Source of the DNA: Chrysomallon squamiferum
Taxonomy: Eukaryota > Animalia > Mollusca
Length of the DNA stretch: 64,000 bases
NCBI GenBank assembly: GCA_012295275.1
Contig: CM022677.1
Location: 4,402,001 to 4,466,000 of the forward strand
Reading direction: 5' to 3'
The translations under genes and the position numbers were made by a program. Each line of letters opens with the position of its first letter. The first letter of the stretch is position 1. The notes below the pieces were generated by a model. The model saw nothing but the letters and a program-made list of their open reading frames with translations, was not told the origin of the DNA and ran no database searches. Of the stretch, positions 13,101-25,858 are shown one piece after another.

Positions 13101-15486
13101 CACTCTGCCGTTTACATGTTGTTTCTGTCCATGTAAACCATCACAGAACCATCAACATCGCTATCTTCTGCAACAGGAACAGAGGGTAAGGAAACTTCAA
13201 CACAAACATCCGGATTAATGTAAAACACTTCATAGCCTCTGTTTGCCATCTGACATTGACCTTCACCTACATTATTTTCAGTTATCCGTGGTGTTAGCCG
13301 AGTGTCAGACAATGGACCGACACTTACTGGTTCATCTGACAGACAACTCTGTGTGGTGTTGAGGTCCAGAGAGGCAGTGGCTTCCACAGTTGTGTCCCCT
13401 TGACTTGGAAATCCATCAGCTGTGACATGTGATGTGTGAGGAAATTTCCTAGACATTGTTGGAGATGTTGTCCTGTTTCTTGGAGTTTTGTCTCTTTCCT
13501 GTGTTTTTCTTTGGCTGGTTTTAGTATTAAAGCTTCAAGTTTTTCTCCTGATTGCTCACATTTGACTGTTGAGATTGGTCACCTGGTGTAGTAACACTCT
13601 AAAACTTCATGCTGTCAGAGTTGTTGTAGTTGGACGTGGTCGGCTGATGTTGGACAAGAGTGAAGAACACACTGGTCTGAATCTGCCTGGTGAGACTTTG
13701 ACACAAGACTGAGTCTGTGTTGGACAATAAAACAAATAAAATACTGAATAAAATATTAAGTAAATAAACAAACAAATAAAATACTGAATAAAATATTAAA
13801 ATATTAAGTAAAAAAACAAACAAACCAATAAAATATTGAATAAAATATTAACTAAACAAACAAATGAATAAAATATTAAATAAAATTGTAAATGAAGTAT
13901 TAATCATTTTTCTTTCTTTTTTCCCCTATTCAACTAACAAATATATTTTTTATACTATTATTGTTATTACTACAACAAAAACATCTACTACTACTACTAC
14001 AACTACTACTGTTCCTGTTTCTACACCTACTTTTCATTTGACTTTTATCATAATTTCTCATTTAACTCAAACTCCGTCTATTACTACTACTATTGCAACA
14101 ATAAATCTACTATTAGTACTGCTACTACTACTACAACTAGTACTATGACTCATGCTAGTATTTTTCTGACTGAGTCACACAAGATACATTATGAACACAA
14201 AGCATTGTTGGCTAAAATATCACCTATTACTACAAACAAGAATGATTATTATTAAGTACTAATGCTATAATAACCACACTACTACAACAATGAGTTTACT
14301 ACTACTACTGCTGTTACTGTAAGAACAACGACAACCTCTGCAGATGCTTCTGTTCCTGCCAGGCTAGTACAGATTCTTTGATGACATTTCTCTCCTGTGG
14401 TGAGCTCACAGAATTACCTCTTCTTGTGTTCTGAGCAGTTTCTGAAAAACAAGTTTTTATTTATTTACCTTTGTAGATATACAAAATATTTCTCTTTCTG
14501 ACAGATACATATATTAATGACTAATGTTTTATCCAGATCATTTTTTTTTTTTTTAAATTGATAAATTATAAATATACAAAATTTTTAGAATCATCAAATT
14601 ATAGTAAAATCTAAGACATGACAAAATTAATTATTAAACTTTCAAATAAAAACACAATAAAGTGTACTGCATTCTGGGAGTGGAAAACAAAACAAGAAAT
14701 GGTTTTCATTACTCTTACTAAAAATATAAACTAACAAAAAATGAAACAATGCAAATGGAAATAAGGAAACATGGAAGTAAACTAAGTTATCCTGCTATTT
14801 GTATACACAATTAATTTACTTGTTTTTGTAGACTATCCTTGCACTGATCTGTTTTTCTTACTCTGTATTGAGAATATTTCACCAATACCAAAACTGAGAA
14901 GAATGTAAGTAGATTGTTAAACAGAAAAGTTAATGTGTGTGTTTTTCATACCAGTTTGTTGAGAAACCTCTCTGTCTGTCTGCTGTCTGTGTGTGTCCTG
15001 ATGTTTAGGTAACAACACCTGTCTGTTTTGTGGTATGTTCCTGAAAAAGCAAAATAAAAAAATTATTTAATTTTTTATTGCCTTTATTAATAACATTATT
15101 TACTATTATATATATATATCAATGCCATTTGCAGATACAAATGAATGTTTGTTAACAAAAATATATTTAAGCTATTTTATTTCAAATGTGCATGCATGCT
15201 TACAGACATATTGATTAACACATACAGTGTGAGGTAATGAATAATTAAAGATAAGTTTTTTATTAATATAGTCTAAATTCTGAATTAAAAAAATAAACAG
15301 TATCTTTTAAATATATATCATTATAACCTGATTATTGATAAATATAAATTCTGCTAAAATAGAAGAAATCTAAAATAAACAAGAACTATTTTATTTAAGA
15401 ACTATACATCGCACATTTTTTACTAGTTCTTTGTATTTTAAAAAGTGAACAAAGCATCTAAAATTTTGTTTAATATTAACTTTCTT

Positions 15487-15539
<53 letters not shown>

Positions 15540-16690
15540 CCTATACAATTTGTGATTTTGTTGATCGTGAAATATAAAATTAAAAAAACAATAACAACAC
15601 ATCTCTCTAAACTATATATGAACATTCATAAATTTAATATATCTAAATTTTAAAGTGTCCTCAGTGTCTGATGGAAGTTCAATGGATGTGTTAAAAGTTG
15701 CAATTTGTCTGAAAGTTTAAACATTTCTTGTTCAAAATGCTGAATGTAAATACTGAGCTCTTATTACATTATATGATAAATTATACAAAATATGCAGCCC
15801 AGATTTCATTCTGCATCTGCCTCTGTTCTCTGTCTTGCCATTCCTTCATCCTCTCTCCTCATACATTCCTACATTTACATATTTAACTGCAGTCATCATA
15901 ATACTTCTCCTTCTTAGTGATCAAAGTAGAAGGATGAATGTCTTTAAATACACCTCAGCTTTAACTGAAATCTAATTTACCATATATTATCCAAAAAAAA
16001 CAGAGCCAAATAAACTCATTTTAATTAGAAAAATGATTTCCTATTTTAATATTTAACAAGATACTATATAAAAAAATCCATTAAAATTAATAAATAAAAA
16101 CAACAACATACCTAACGGCTTGAACAGCATGTTCTACTGAAACAAATCTGTGGCATACGCCAACATCAGCACATGAGTTAGAGCTGTACATGCATACCTA
16201 AAAAAGTAAAAAACAATAATAAACAAACAGTTAGAAATAAATAACTAATACTTCTGACATTCTTTGTTATTATTAAATTATGTTACCAAGCAATGCAACA
16301 AAACAACAGAAAATAACTGAATATTATTACACTATTTTATAATTAATTAAGAACTATTACAAAACTTATTTTTCTGTTGACAACACAAAAATAAAATAAA
16401 TTAAACTCACAACTGAGAATGGTTTCTGTAACAGCTGATTCATCCTACTCCATGATGTAAATTCACTTTGTAGACAGCACCTGAACAATACTGCAGTGAG
16501 ATACGTAAAATATTTAACATCAATATTAAATATAAAATTTAGTAATTTTTATAACAAAATGCATTTATCTGACATATATATAATATATCGATCAACATTC
16601 GTCAGATAAATGCATTTTTCTCTGCTTATTATCATTTGTGGATAATTTTATTATTTTATTTACATATGAAATTGCCCAAGACACAAAGAC

Positions 16691-16747
<57 letters not shown>

Positions 16748-16780
16748 GACAATACTGAATATGGTGAATACCTCTATCTT

Positions 16781-16826
<46 letters not shown>

Positions 16827-17901
16827 ACACACACAGTGACTACCTCTATCTTTCTCTCTCTTCTCTCATACATACATCTTTATCTCATTACAGGGCTAAG
16901 AATGTGCGTGAATATCCAAATAGGATTTGCACCAACATAAAACATCCACGTCTGTTTGGATTCACGTGAAATATTTCCAAAATTCTATTGAACTGAATAA
17001 TCAACGAGTAAAACATTACCAAATTAAAAACAAAACTAGTCTGGTTAACAAGCATCAGTTTAAAGTGGTTTCAAAAGTGTAGCATACATTCCAATCCGTG
17101 TTTGTTCCAAACATCGTGGTTTATCGAGACTAGTCTGGTGGTTGTCCCATTTCTATGAACAAAAAACTACCAACAAAGAAACCAAAAGTAACAAGTTTGT
17201 TCATTCTTACACAGTAACATGATTATAGTAACTCAATGTGCCAAATTTACTATTATATCAGACATTACTATGTTACTTCATTCATATTATTTTCCTTACC
17301 TTAAATTTCCTGGTCTTTTCAATCCATAATTCTTTTTTTGTTTGCTTGTTGCAGAAATGTGCTTTGGTAACATCCACACAAACATCGAATCACTGCGCAA
17401 ACACGTACTGCATGCACTGTTTACAAATCTTCTAAATGTGACCTGGTAAGACTTAAAAGAAAACAAACTGTAAAGATGAAATGGAAAAATTTCACCTGAA
17501 AAAAACAGTAAAAGAACAGTTTTAAATTCCTGGTCTAAAGAAATAAATAAAATGTATCAGTTTGTTTTTCACAGAACCAGTCAGAACATAATGCATGCCA
17601 CGTGCAAAGTTTATCAAATGCACTTTTAATCTACCAATAAACTGTACAGGGGAAAACTGTTCCAGATATGAAAGCTTATGTAGAGTATCAAATTAACTAT
17701 GTATTTAAACCTAATCTTGAATGTCACATGACATTAGCAGGTCATATTAAATGTTTAGAAATTAAAACCAGTGAACCGCTCTCTAAAAGACAAAAAAACA
17801 TTGATATACGTGTTTGGTTCTGCCAGAGACCAAGCTATAAAAACTGCAGCCAGCCATAAGATGCAGTCTGTATATTGGCTGGAAATAAAAACCATGTAGC
17901 T

Positions 17902-18121
17902 AAAACTAAGAAAGACTGCTTTCCACTACCTAGAACAGATGTCATTAAATGCTTTGTATGGAGCTCAGTGGTTTACTATACTGGATATGGTCAGTGAATA
18001 CAACCAGGTTGGGGATAAAGACAAAGACAAAACTGCACTGATCTCTCCAATGGGTTTGTTTGAATACAAGTGAATGCCTTTTGGTTTATCAGGAGCCCCA
18101 GCCACATTTCAAAGACTCATG
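17902..18121 (+). mobile_element. Ty3/Gypsy LTR retrotransposon reverse transcriptase fragment
   Basis: KTKKDCFPLPRTD[fs][57 protein letters not shown] matches the Gypsy RT consensus (DAYPLPRID..LG.A.WFSTLDL.SGY.Q...KTAF.[21 protein letters not shown]). Confidence 0.9.
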
Positions 18122-18304
18122 CTTTATAAACTGTAACAGAACCATATCAAACCCTTTTTAATAGATACATTTGTATAATGAGTAATGATAGAAAGAAAAG
18201 GAATATATCCAGTGATGAGGAGGTTGATGCCATACCACCTAATAAGTATTCAAAAAGTATTCAATATTTGTAAAGACAAAAGTAAAAATCATAATTACTT
18301 GCAT

Positions 18305-18840
18305 TTTTGATTTCAGTTCAATAAACAGGTTTGTAAACCCAAACGTAAAAATCAGGTGCCTTTAAGAACAGGTACATGGTTTGAGGCGTCAAACCTATCC
18401 ATAAGAAGAAGTTTGTTAAGTATGTAGTTTTTCAAGACAATATCCGACAGAAATTGCTCAAACAGAAACCACCATTCCCAAAGAAGAAATCAAAGGAGAG
18501 AAAAAAACTTCATCTCAAACTATTTCTGACTGTTACAACTATGTTGTGAAATTTGAGTTGAGTGAGAAAAAACGTAAGAGGTGGAAAAGGTTGTCCTGTT
18601 GAAACAGACGAAGCAAAGTTTGACACAAATTGGGGGAATTCGTCATGAAACAAGATATTTTTTCTTAATTATTACAATTTGTTATATTATAATTATATGC
18701 TTATTCATCAGATCCAACAACCAAGGCATGTACCAACTTAACTGAAAACAGGGGTGTGTGATAGGAGATAACTACCAAGTACTCATTGCACACAAGGAAA
18801 TTTTCGCCTTCATCTTGCAGAATACATGAGGAGGAATAAA
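18305..18840 (+). mobile_element. Merlin (IS1016/ISXO2-like) DDE transposase relic
   Basis: Fragments appear in the expected order: VPLRTGTWFEASNLS, SSQTISDCYNY, GGKGCPVETDEAKF, GGIRHETRYFFL, DPTTKACTNLTEN, FRLHLAEYMRRN. These match Merlin motifs (GG.G..VEIDESKF, WVFGG.ER, DP.TGAHTN.IE, YLAEFMWR). Confidence 0.8.
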
Positions 18841-19149
18841 TAAAAGAAGCAGGAAGCATTCAGTGAACTGTCACAAATCATCAGTCTGGAGTATATTTGT
18901 TAATGATGACTATCTTTTGAAATGTATTATTTTGTATGATAACTAAAATGGCTGACATAACATTATACGTATTATTGCTTGAAATGTTGAAGAATTGTTT
19001 CCTTCTATCTGCTGTATTTAACCACTTAATTTTAGTGTGTATAAAAGGTTTAAAAATTATAATTAAAAAAAAAAAATATTTAGGACGGGATGTGGATAGA
19101 TATATTTTTAAACTATGTCAACTCATCTACAGGACAGGTGAGATGACTG

Positions 19150-19580
19150 TAAAGTGAGTCCAGGAACTCAGACATTCCACTGTGTAAAACCAGTGAGCTC
19201 TGTGTCTGTGGCATGTGACAAGAATTCGCAGTTTGCTGACACTCTACCAGTCCTTATTCATTTTAACTATGTGAGAGATGTCGCAGAACTGTCTGCTGAA
19301 TCAGCAACTAAACCAAGTAAGAAAAGTGCATCTGATCAAGCTTTGTCCTGCTAGAATATATATCTAGGAAATCTAAAAACAAACAAAATAAAAAAATTCT
19401 TCGGCAAATAATCTCCAAAGATAGATTTCAAATTGAAGTAACATTCCTACATACAAAAGATGTTAAGTTCATTGTTTGCTTTTCCAGTTACAGGAGATAG
19501 AGCTTGGGTTGAAGAAAACCAAATCAACAGTATGGTTGAAATTCCTACAATGGAAAATTGCTATCAGTGTGTATTCCAAC
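19150..19580 (+). mobile_element. C-terminal fragment of a DNA transposase (possibly Sola2-like)
   Basis: PGTQTFHCVKPVS and IEVTFLH...FAFPVTGDRAWVEENQI resemble the PGTR.FH...P and V.FLH....WP...D..W motifs of transposase C-termini. The sequence is degenerate. Confidence 0.4.
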
Positions 19581-19649
19581 AAGATCTATCAGAATGAATG
19601 GGGAAAAAAAACAATTTGATAGAATAACTCTTTTAAATCTTTGACTAGA

Positions 19650-20260
19650 AAGTTAGATATAATGTATGATAAACTGGAAAAATTAGACATGATCGAAAAA
19701 CAACTGAATGGTATGGAAATAACTGTACAAGATATAGTGGTAAAATGATTGATATTAAGAAAAAAGTACAAGATATGGAAAGGGTATGAATTACATTCAC
19801 TGTCAGTTTGAAAGAAATAAAACAATGTTGAATATTTGAAATCTGTTGTCTTAGATATGAACAGTTCTACTCGTGAAATGAGAGATAATAATACCATATG
19901 AAACAACAAATATGTGAAGTAGAAACTGAGTTTCGAATCTTAAGAGATAAACACAATGACCTACAAACTCATTTCATCACGACAATGTATGATATCAAAA
20001 GAAGATGAAGGACACACAGACAAGGAGTTGAAAAGTTTTATAAGTGGATCGACTGGGGAAGATGTATATATAAGGCCTGTTGTTGCTAAATTCATTTTAT
20101 ATAAATTGTGAGAAGAGCTGCACCCAAAACACTGATAAACAAGCAATTCACGGTTAATGAACAAATAAATTAATGACAGGAGAAAATTACTATATCCACA
20201 TTACAGCAAAAAGGCAAGGGAAAAGACTGGTGTTAAATGGTGATAAACTGTATACTGAGG
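19650..20260 (+). mobile_element. Decayed LINE ORF1p (coiled-coil plus RRM/CTD type)
   Basis: Heptad-rich start (YDKLEKLDMIEKQLNGMEITVQDI), then RPVVAKF and AKRQGKRLVLNGDKLY, typical of LINE ORF1 (RPIVAKF...AR..GKRA.L..DKLYI). Confidence 0.7.
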
Positions 20261-20317
20261 TCAGGCTGTTTACACTGGGAGAGGTCGGGCCAGAAGCCAG
20301 TAACACAAACATAACAA

Positions 20318-20516
20318 TCATCAAGTGCAGTTGTAATGGACCTAAGAGATGTCGGAGTAAGAGATGTGCTTGTTTCAAAACTAATGTTTTGTGTAATAGC
20401 AGATGTCACAACTGTGTAAATAGTTTAAATAAATGAAATATGTATTATGTGTCACCAATGCATCATACTGGTAAATTTGTTGTTACATGTATTTTATTAT
20501 TCAATACAGATGAAAC
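20318..20516 (+). mobile_element. Cys-rich C-terminus of a KRBA2/Ginger-like integrase-type transposase with a putative ...ACA end
   Basis: KCSCNGPKRCRSKRCACFKTNVLCNSRCHNCVNSLNK* matches the KC.C...C...RC.C.K....CNS.CH....C.NK tail recalled for this family. The 3' flank ends in tgaaaca. Confidence 0.55.
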
Positions 20517-21724
20517 ATAGTTTAGTTAATAGAAAACACCTAAGAAATACCCTTTAGCCAAATAACTGGAAATTTTAGTCAGTTTGGCTAAATGACTAGA
20601 GGTCAGAGGCATTTGACCAAATGACTGGTTTGACACATTGACTGTAACATGTATACCTGTTTGTATTCTCAAAGGAAGCTTTGATAATTTTTTTGCAAAC
20701 AATTGCTGTTTTTGGAGAATTTCTTTTCTTAAACAAGAGCAGTAAGAAAGTGACAACCAAGCAGGCATTATGAATGATAACGTCAGATTCTGAGGATGAG
20801 AATGAAGTGTTGGAATGTGAAATAATAGTGATTTTGAAAGTGAAGAGATGATGTTGTCAATGATACAAATAATAATAACACAAATGAAGGTGAAGATGAA
20901 AGTGATGATAATCACAGCCAGGTGTTGATGTTTTACAACCTGGTAGTGGGTGTGGCTGTGGTAGTGGGTGTGGCTGTGGTAGAGGACGTGGTCAAGGTGT
21001 GACAGAATTCTCAGACTCAGGCAGATCAGCATCTGTGGATGAATGACATGAGAGAGTGTCGTGAAAAACAATTCAAACCCCGGTCCCAAAAATATTCCAG
21101 ATTCACTCAATAATGAGAGCAGCACTGCTGACTTTTATACGTTATTCTGGAATGATGATTTGTGGCAGCTCTTTGTTGTTGAAACTAACAGCAGGCAGAA
21201 CATATCAGAGAAGCAAAACCTTCACATTGTTATTCAAAATCGTTTAGTTCACTAACAGAGATTAAAAACTTTTTTTGCTGTTGAGTAGTGATGGAAATGC
21301 TTATTCACAAGGAATGATATGAATAATTTTGGTGAGATATCACACCTGGATTTGCACAGATTTTTACAAGAGATAGATTTTTAGCAATATGGTCTATGCT
21401 ATATAGTGTAAATGTATTAGACCCGGAGCTAGACAAATCTGATAAGATTTACAAATCAAGGCCCATGTTCAAGCACTTGTTGGAAAAATTCTGGCTGCAT
21501 TATATACCAAGAAGCAATCTGTTAGCTGACAAAGGAATGATTCCAATATAAAACTCCCTCTCTATAAAACAGCAAATCAAAGAAAAACCGATAAAGTGGG
21601 ATATCAAAACCTTCCTACTTTGTGACAGAGAGAATGCAGAAGTATATACAGGTCACAGGAATGATGCTGAAACCATTGAAAACCTTGGTGGACTGGAAAC
21701 CTTGTTATTTGTATGTTGGAACTG

Positions 21725-23680
21725 TTTTGTGACCAGCATTACTGTGTGTTTACAGACTCTACACTAGTGTATATATTTGTTTACAGACTCTACACTAGTG
21801 TATATTTTTGTGTGAGTATTTGCTGGAAAAGAGAGGAATCTGCCTAGTGGGCAGTGCACTTACAAATCACAAACTTTTTACAAAAAAGCATTCAAATGGA
21901 AAAGTCAGACCAATAGGGGGCAGTTTGAACTATTGTTCTATGTTTTGTGACCAGCATTACTGTGTGTTTACAGACAGACTCTACACTAGTGTATATTTGT
22001 GTGAGTATTTGCTGGAAAAGAGAGGAATCTGCCTAGTGGGCAGTGCACTTACAAATCACAAACTTTTTACAAAAAAGCATTCAAATGGAAAAGTCAGACC
22101 AATAGGGGGCAGTTTGAACTATTGTTCTATGTTTTGTGACCAGCATTACTGTGTGTTTACAGACAGACTCTACACTAGTGTATATTTGTGTGAGTATTTG
22201 CTGGAAAAAGAGAGGAATCTGCCTAGTGGGCAGTGCACTTACAAATCACAAACTTTTTACAAAAAAAATTTCAAATGGAAAAAGTCAGACCAATAGGGGG
22301 CAGTTTGAACTATTGTTCTATGTTTTGTGACCAGCATTACTGTGTGTTTACAGACAGACTCTACACTAGTGTATATTTGTGTGAGTATTTGCTGGAAAAG
22401 AGAGGAATCTGCCTAGTGGGCAGTGCACTTACAAATCACAAACTTTTTACAAAAAAAATGCATTCAAATGGTAAAGTCAGACCAATAGGGGGCAGTTTGA
22501 ACTATTGTTCTATGTTTTGTGACCAGCATTACTGTGTGTTTACAGACAGACTCTACACTAGTGTATATTTGTGTGAGTATTTGCTGGAAAAGAGAGGAAT
22601 CTGCCTAGTGGGCAGTGCACTTACAAATCACAAACTTTTTACAAAAAAACATTCAAATGGAAAAGTCAGACCAATAGGGGGCAGTTTGAACTATTGTTCT
22701 ATGTTTTGTGACCAGCATTACTGTGTGTTTACAGACAGACTCTACACTAGTGTATATTTGTGTGAGTATTTGCTGGAAAAAGAGGAATCTGCCTAGTGGG
22801 CAGTGCACTTACAAATCACAAACTTTTTACAAAAAAAAACATTCAAATGGAAAAGTCAGACCAATAGGGGCAGTTTGAACTATTGTTCTATGTTTTGTGA
22901 CCAGCATTACTGTGTGTTTACAGACAGACTCTACACTAGTGTATATTTGTGTGAGTATTTGCTGGAAAAGAGAGGAATCTGCCTAGTGGGCAGTGCACTT
23001 ACAAATCACAAACTTTTTACAAAAAAAAAGCATTTCAAATGGAAAAGTCAGACCAATAGGGGGCAGTTTGAACTATTGTTCTATGTTTTGTGACCAGCAT
23101 TACTGTGTGTTTACAGACAGACTCTACACTAGTGTATATTTGTGTGAGTATTTGCTGGAAAAGAGAGGAATCTGCCTAGTGGGCAGTGCACTTACAAATC
23201 ACAAACTTTTTACAAAAAAGCATTCAAATGGAAAAGTCAGACCAATAGGGGGCAGTTTGAACTATTGTTCTATGTTTTGTGACCAGCATTACTGTGTGTT
23301 TACAGACAGACTCTACACTAGTGTATATTTGTGTGAGTATTTGCTGGAAAAGAGAGGAATCTGCCTAGTGGGCAGTGGGCAGTTTACATTCAAAAAAGTC
23401 AGACACAGTTTGAACTTTTTTTTGTGACCAGCATTAAAAAAGCATTCAAATGGAAAAGTCAGACCAATAGGGGGCAGTTTGAACTATTGTTCTATGTTTT
23501 GTGACCAGCATTACTGTGTGTTTACAGACAGACTCTACACTAGTGTATATTTGTGTGAGTATTTGCTGGAAAAGAGAGGAATCTGCCTAGTGGGCAGTGC
23601 ACTTACAAATCACAAACTTTTTACAAAAAAACATTCAAATGGAAAAGTAAGGCCAATAGGGGGCAGTTTGAACAATTGTT
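21725..23680 (+). repeat. 189-bp tandem array (~10 copies) derived from piggyBac coding sequence
   Basis: The anchor agaggaatctgcctagtgggcagtg recurs about every 189-193 bp (~21832, 22021, 22211, 22401, 22594, 22781, 22971, 23164, 23353, 23575). One unit equals 63 codons. Confidence 0.97.
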
Positions 23681-23744
23681 CAATGGAATTGTAGCAGCAA
23701 TTGTTTGGTGTGACAAAAAGCAATTGTTCTATTTAAAGTGCATC

Positions 23745-24012
23745 TGTACACAGACAAACACCTCCAAGATTCTGGACTTCATGAGTTGGAAAGAGCCTAC
23801 CCATGCAACATCAGACAATAGGTGTGTAGTGTGTCTGTACACAGACAAACACCTCCAAGATTCTGGACTTCATGAGTTGGAAAGAGTCTACCCATGCAAC
23901 ATCAGACAGTAGGTGTGTAGTGTGTCTGTACACAGACAAACACCTCCAAGATTCTGGACTTCATGAGTTGGAAAGAGCCTACCCATGCAACATCAGACAG
24001 TAGGTGTGTAGT
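23745..24012 (+). repeat. 91-bp tandem repeat (3 copies)
   Basis: tgtacacagacaaacacctccaagattctggacttcatgag... recurs at ~23745, 23836 and 23927. Confidence 0.95.
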
Positions 24013-24795
24013 GACTCTGGAAAACCACAACAGGTCAGACAACAAAATCCCAGTGCTGCCTATAAGGACTTTCTTCTTTAAGAAGTTTTATTTATTTATT
24101 TATATATTTATTTTTAAAATCAAAACAAATAAAAGCAAAGAAAAAAAGAAGAAAGACATGCGCACGTACACACAATAAAAATGAAAGCAGAGAAACAATC
24201 GCACAAAGGAAAAAACCAAACACCACAGATGTGAAACTGGATACCTCACTTGAGGAGTTTTAAATCCGGGTGTCATGTTTCGTCTTTATTCAGTGTGCAC
24301 GTTCAAGTTAGTTTGAGTAGGGAACAGTTCACAGTATTCACGTGGTGGAGAACTTCGTGTTTGACCAAGCATAAACAGCACCCACACAGTAACCCTGAAC
24401 AACAACAACAAAAAAAAATTAAAAATTATTTTAAAAAATGAGTCACATCCATCAGTTTCAAATTTTTTTACATTCTGCATCAGTGAAATATTTTTACTAT
24501 CACAAAGCAAGACTTGAAAAATTAAGATTCAGTATATCGTTAATGAACCTGTAATATTAATTTTCATGCTTTATTATTATTAAAAATTAGTATAAAAAAT
24601 ATTAATTTCAAAACCACTCAAAGCAAGAGAAATGTGCTTAGACTTCTCTTCAAAGTACACTTTATTATATATATTTTTCTTTTTACAAGCAGGGTATTAA
24701 AACTGATGCATCTTACATGAATATCATATTCAAATGTCATTTCTGCATTAAAATTATAAAAAAAAGAAAGAGAAAAGAGAAAAAGAAGGTTATAC

Positions 24796-25813
24796 CATAA
24801 CTCCAGACATCAGTTTTGTGTGTGAATATTCTGTCCAGAGCTAACCACTTGATTGGCATCTGAAACAGTGAAAAAAATCTAGTTTTTCATACATTTTCCA
24901 GTTTATAGCATAATATCTGAAATTTAATCTTTCTAAAATTTCAGCATATCAATGTTCCCAGTTAAGAAAAAAAAAATAAATTAAGACTATTCCAAGTTTC
25001 AGTTTGTAAGTTACCTATTAATAAGAAAATTGAATTTGAACTATTCAGATTTTCAATTTGTAAGTTCTCTATTAATAAGAAAACAGAATTTAAACTTCAA
25101 TATTTAAAATCTGAATTTGAACCAAGTAAGAAATGTGAATTACTACTGTTCCTCTCACTTTTCTGCCAGCAGCTTAGTACTCTTCATCAATGTAATCAAG
25201 AAGCTTACCTAATCCAAAATCTGTAATCTTCACCTGATTCGGGGTTTGTACTGTACAAAGATAAAAAAAGTACATTTCTTGCAGCTAGATCTCTAATGGA
25301 CAATACCCCTTTCCTCTAAATAAATCATTCCCTGAAAACAACACAGTTTGTATGTGTTGTGTATGTGTGTGATTAAGCATGTGTTTGTATGTCTCTCTGT
25401 GTTTTATGTATAAATATGTTGTGTGTATCTGTGTTGTGTGTGTGTTGTGTATTGTGTATTTGTGTGTGTATCTGTGTGCTGTATGTGTGTGTCTCTGTGT
25501 TGTATATGTGTATCTGAGTGTTGTGTATTGTGTTTGTGTGTATTTGTGTCTGTCTCTGTGCATCTATATGTTGTGTGTGTATCTGTGTTGTTTATGTGTG
25601 TATCTGAGTGTTGTGTATTGTGTTTGTGTATTTGTGTCTGTCTGTGTGCATCTATATGTTGTGTGTGTATCTGTGTGTTGTATGTGTGTATCTGAGTTAT
25701 GTATTGTGTTTGTATGTATTTGTGTGTGTCTGTCTTGTGTATATGTGTTGTATGTGTGTATCTGTGTGTTGTATGTGTGTGTGTTGTGTGTATTGTGTGT
25801 GTGTGTGTCTGTC

Positions 25814-25858
<45 letters not shown>

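Larger units (their letters stand above)
20800..24060 (+). mobile_element. piggyBac (PGBD4-like) transposase relic
   Basis: Acidic N-terminus, then PGPKNIP..ADFYTLFWNDDLWQLFVVETN, RDRFLAIWSML, DKIYKSRPMFKHLLEKF, DKGMIP..NSLSIKQ.IKEKPIKW.IKTFLLCD and HYCVFTDRLYTSV.LCEYLLE..ICLVGS (second catalytic Asp region). Many stops and frameshifts. Confidence 0.88.

Noticed and set aside
12560-13720. Large acidic/Ser-Thr-rich exon as an intact CDS
   Set aside because: The reading frame is broken into several short ORFs in different frames, and no domain was recognised.
21808-23694. Repetitive Cys-rich ORFs as a novel repeat protein gene
   Set aside because: The unit is a piggyBac transposase slice within a dead element, and the frame breaks at homopolymers. 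Kept only as a repeat finding.
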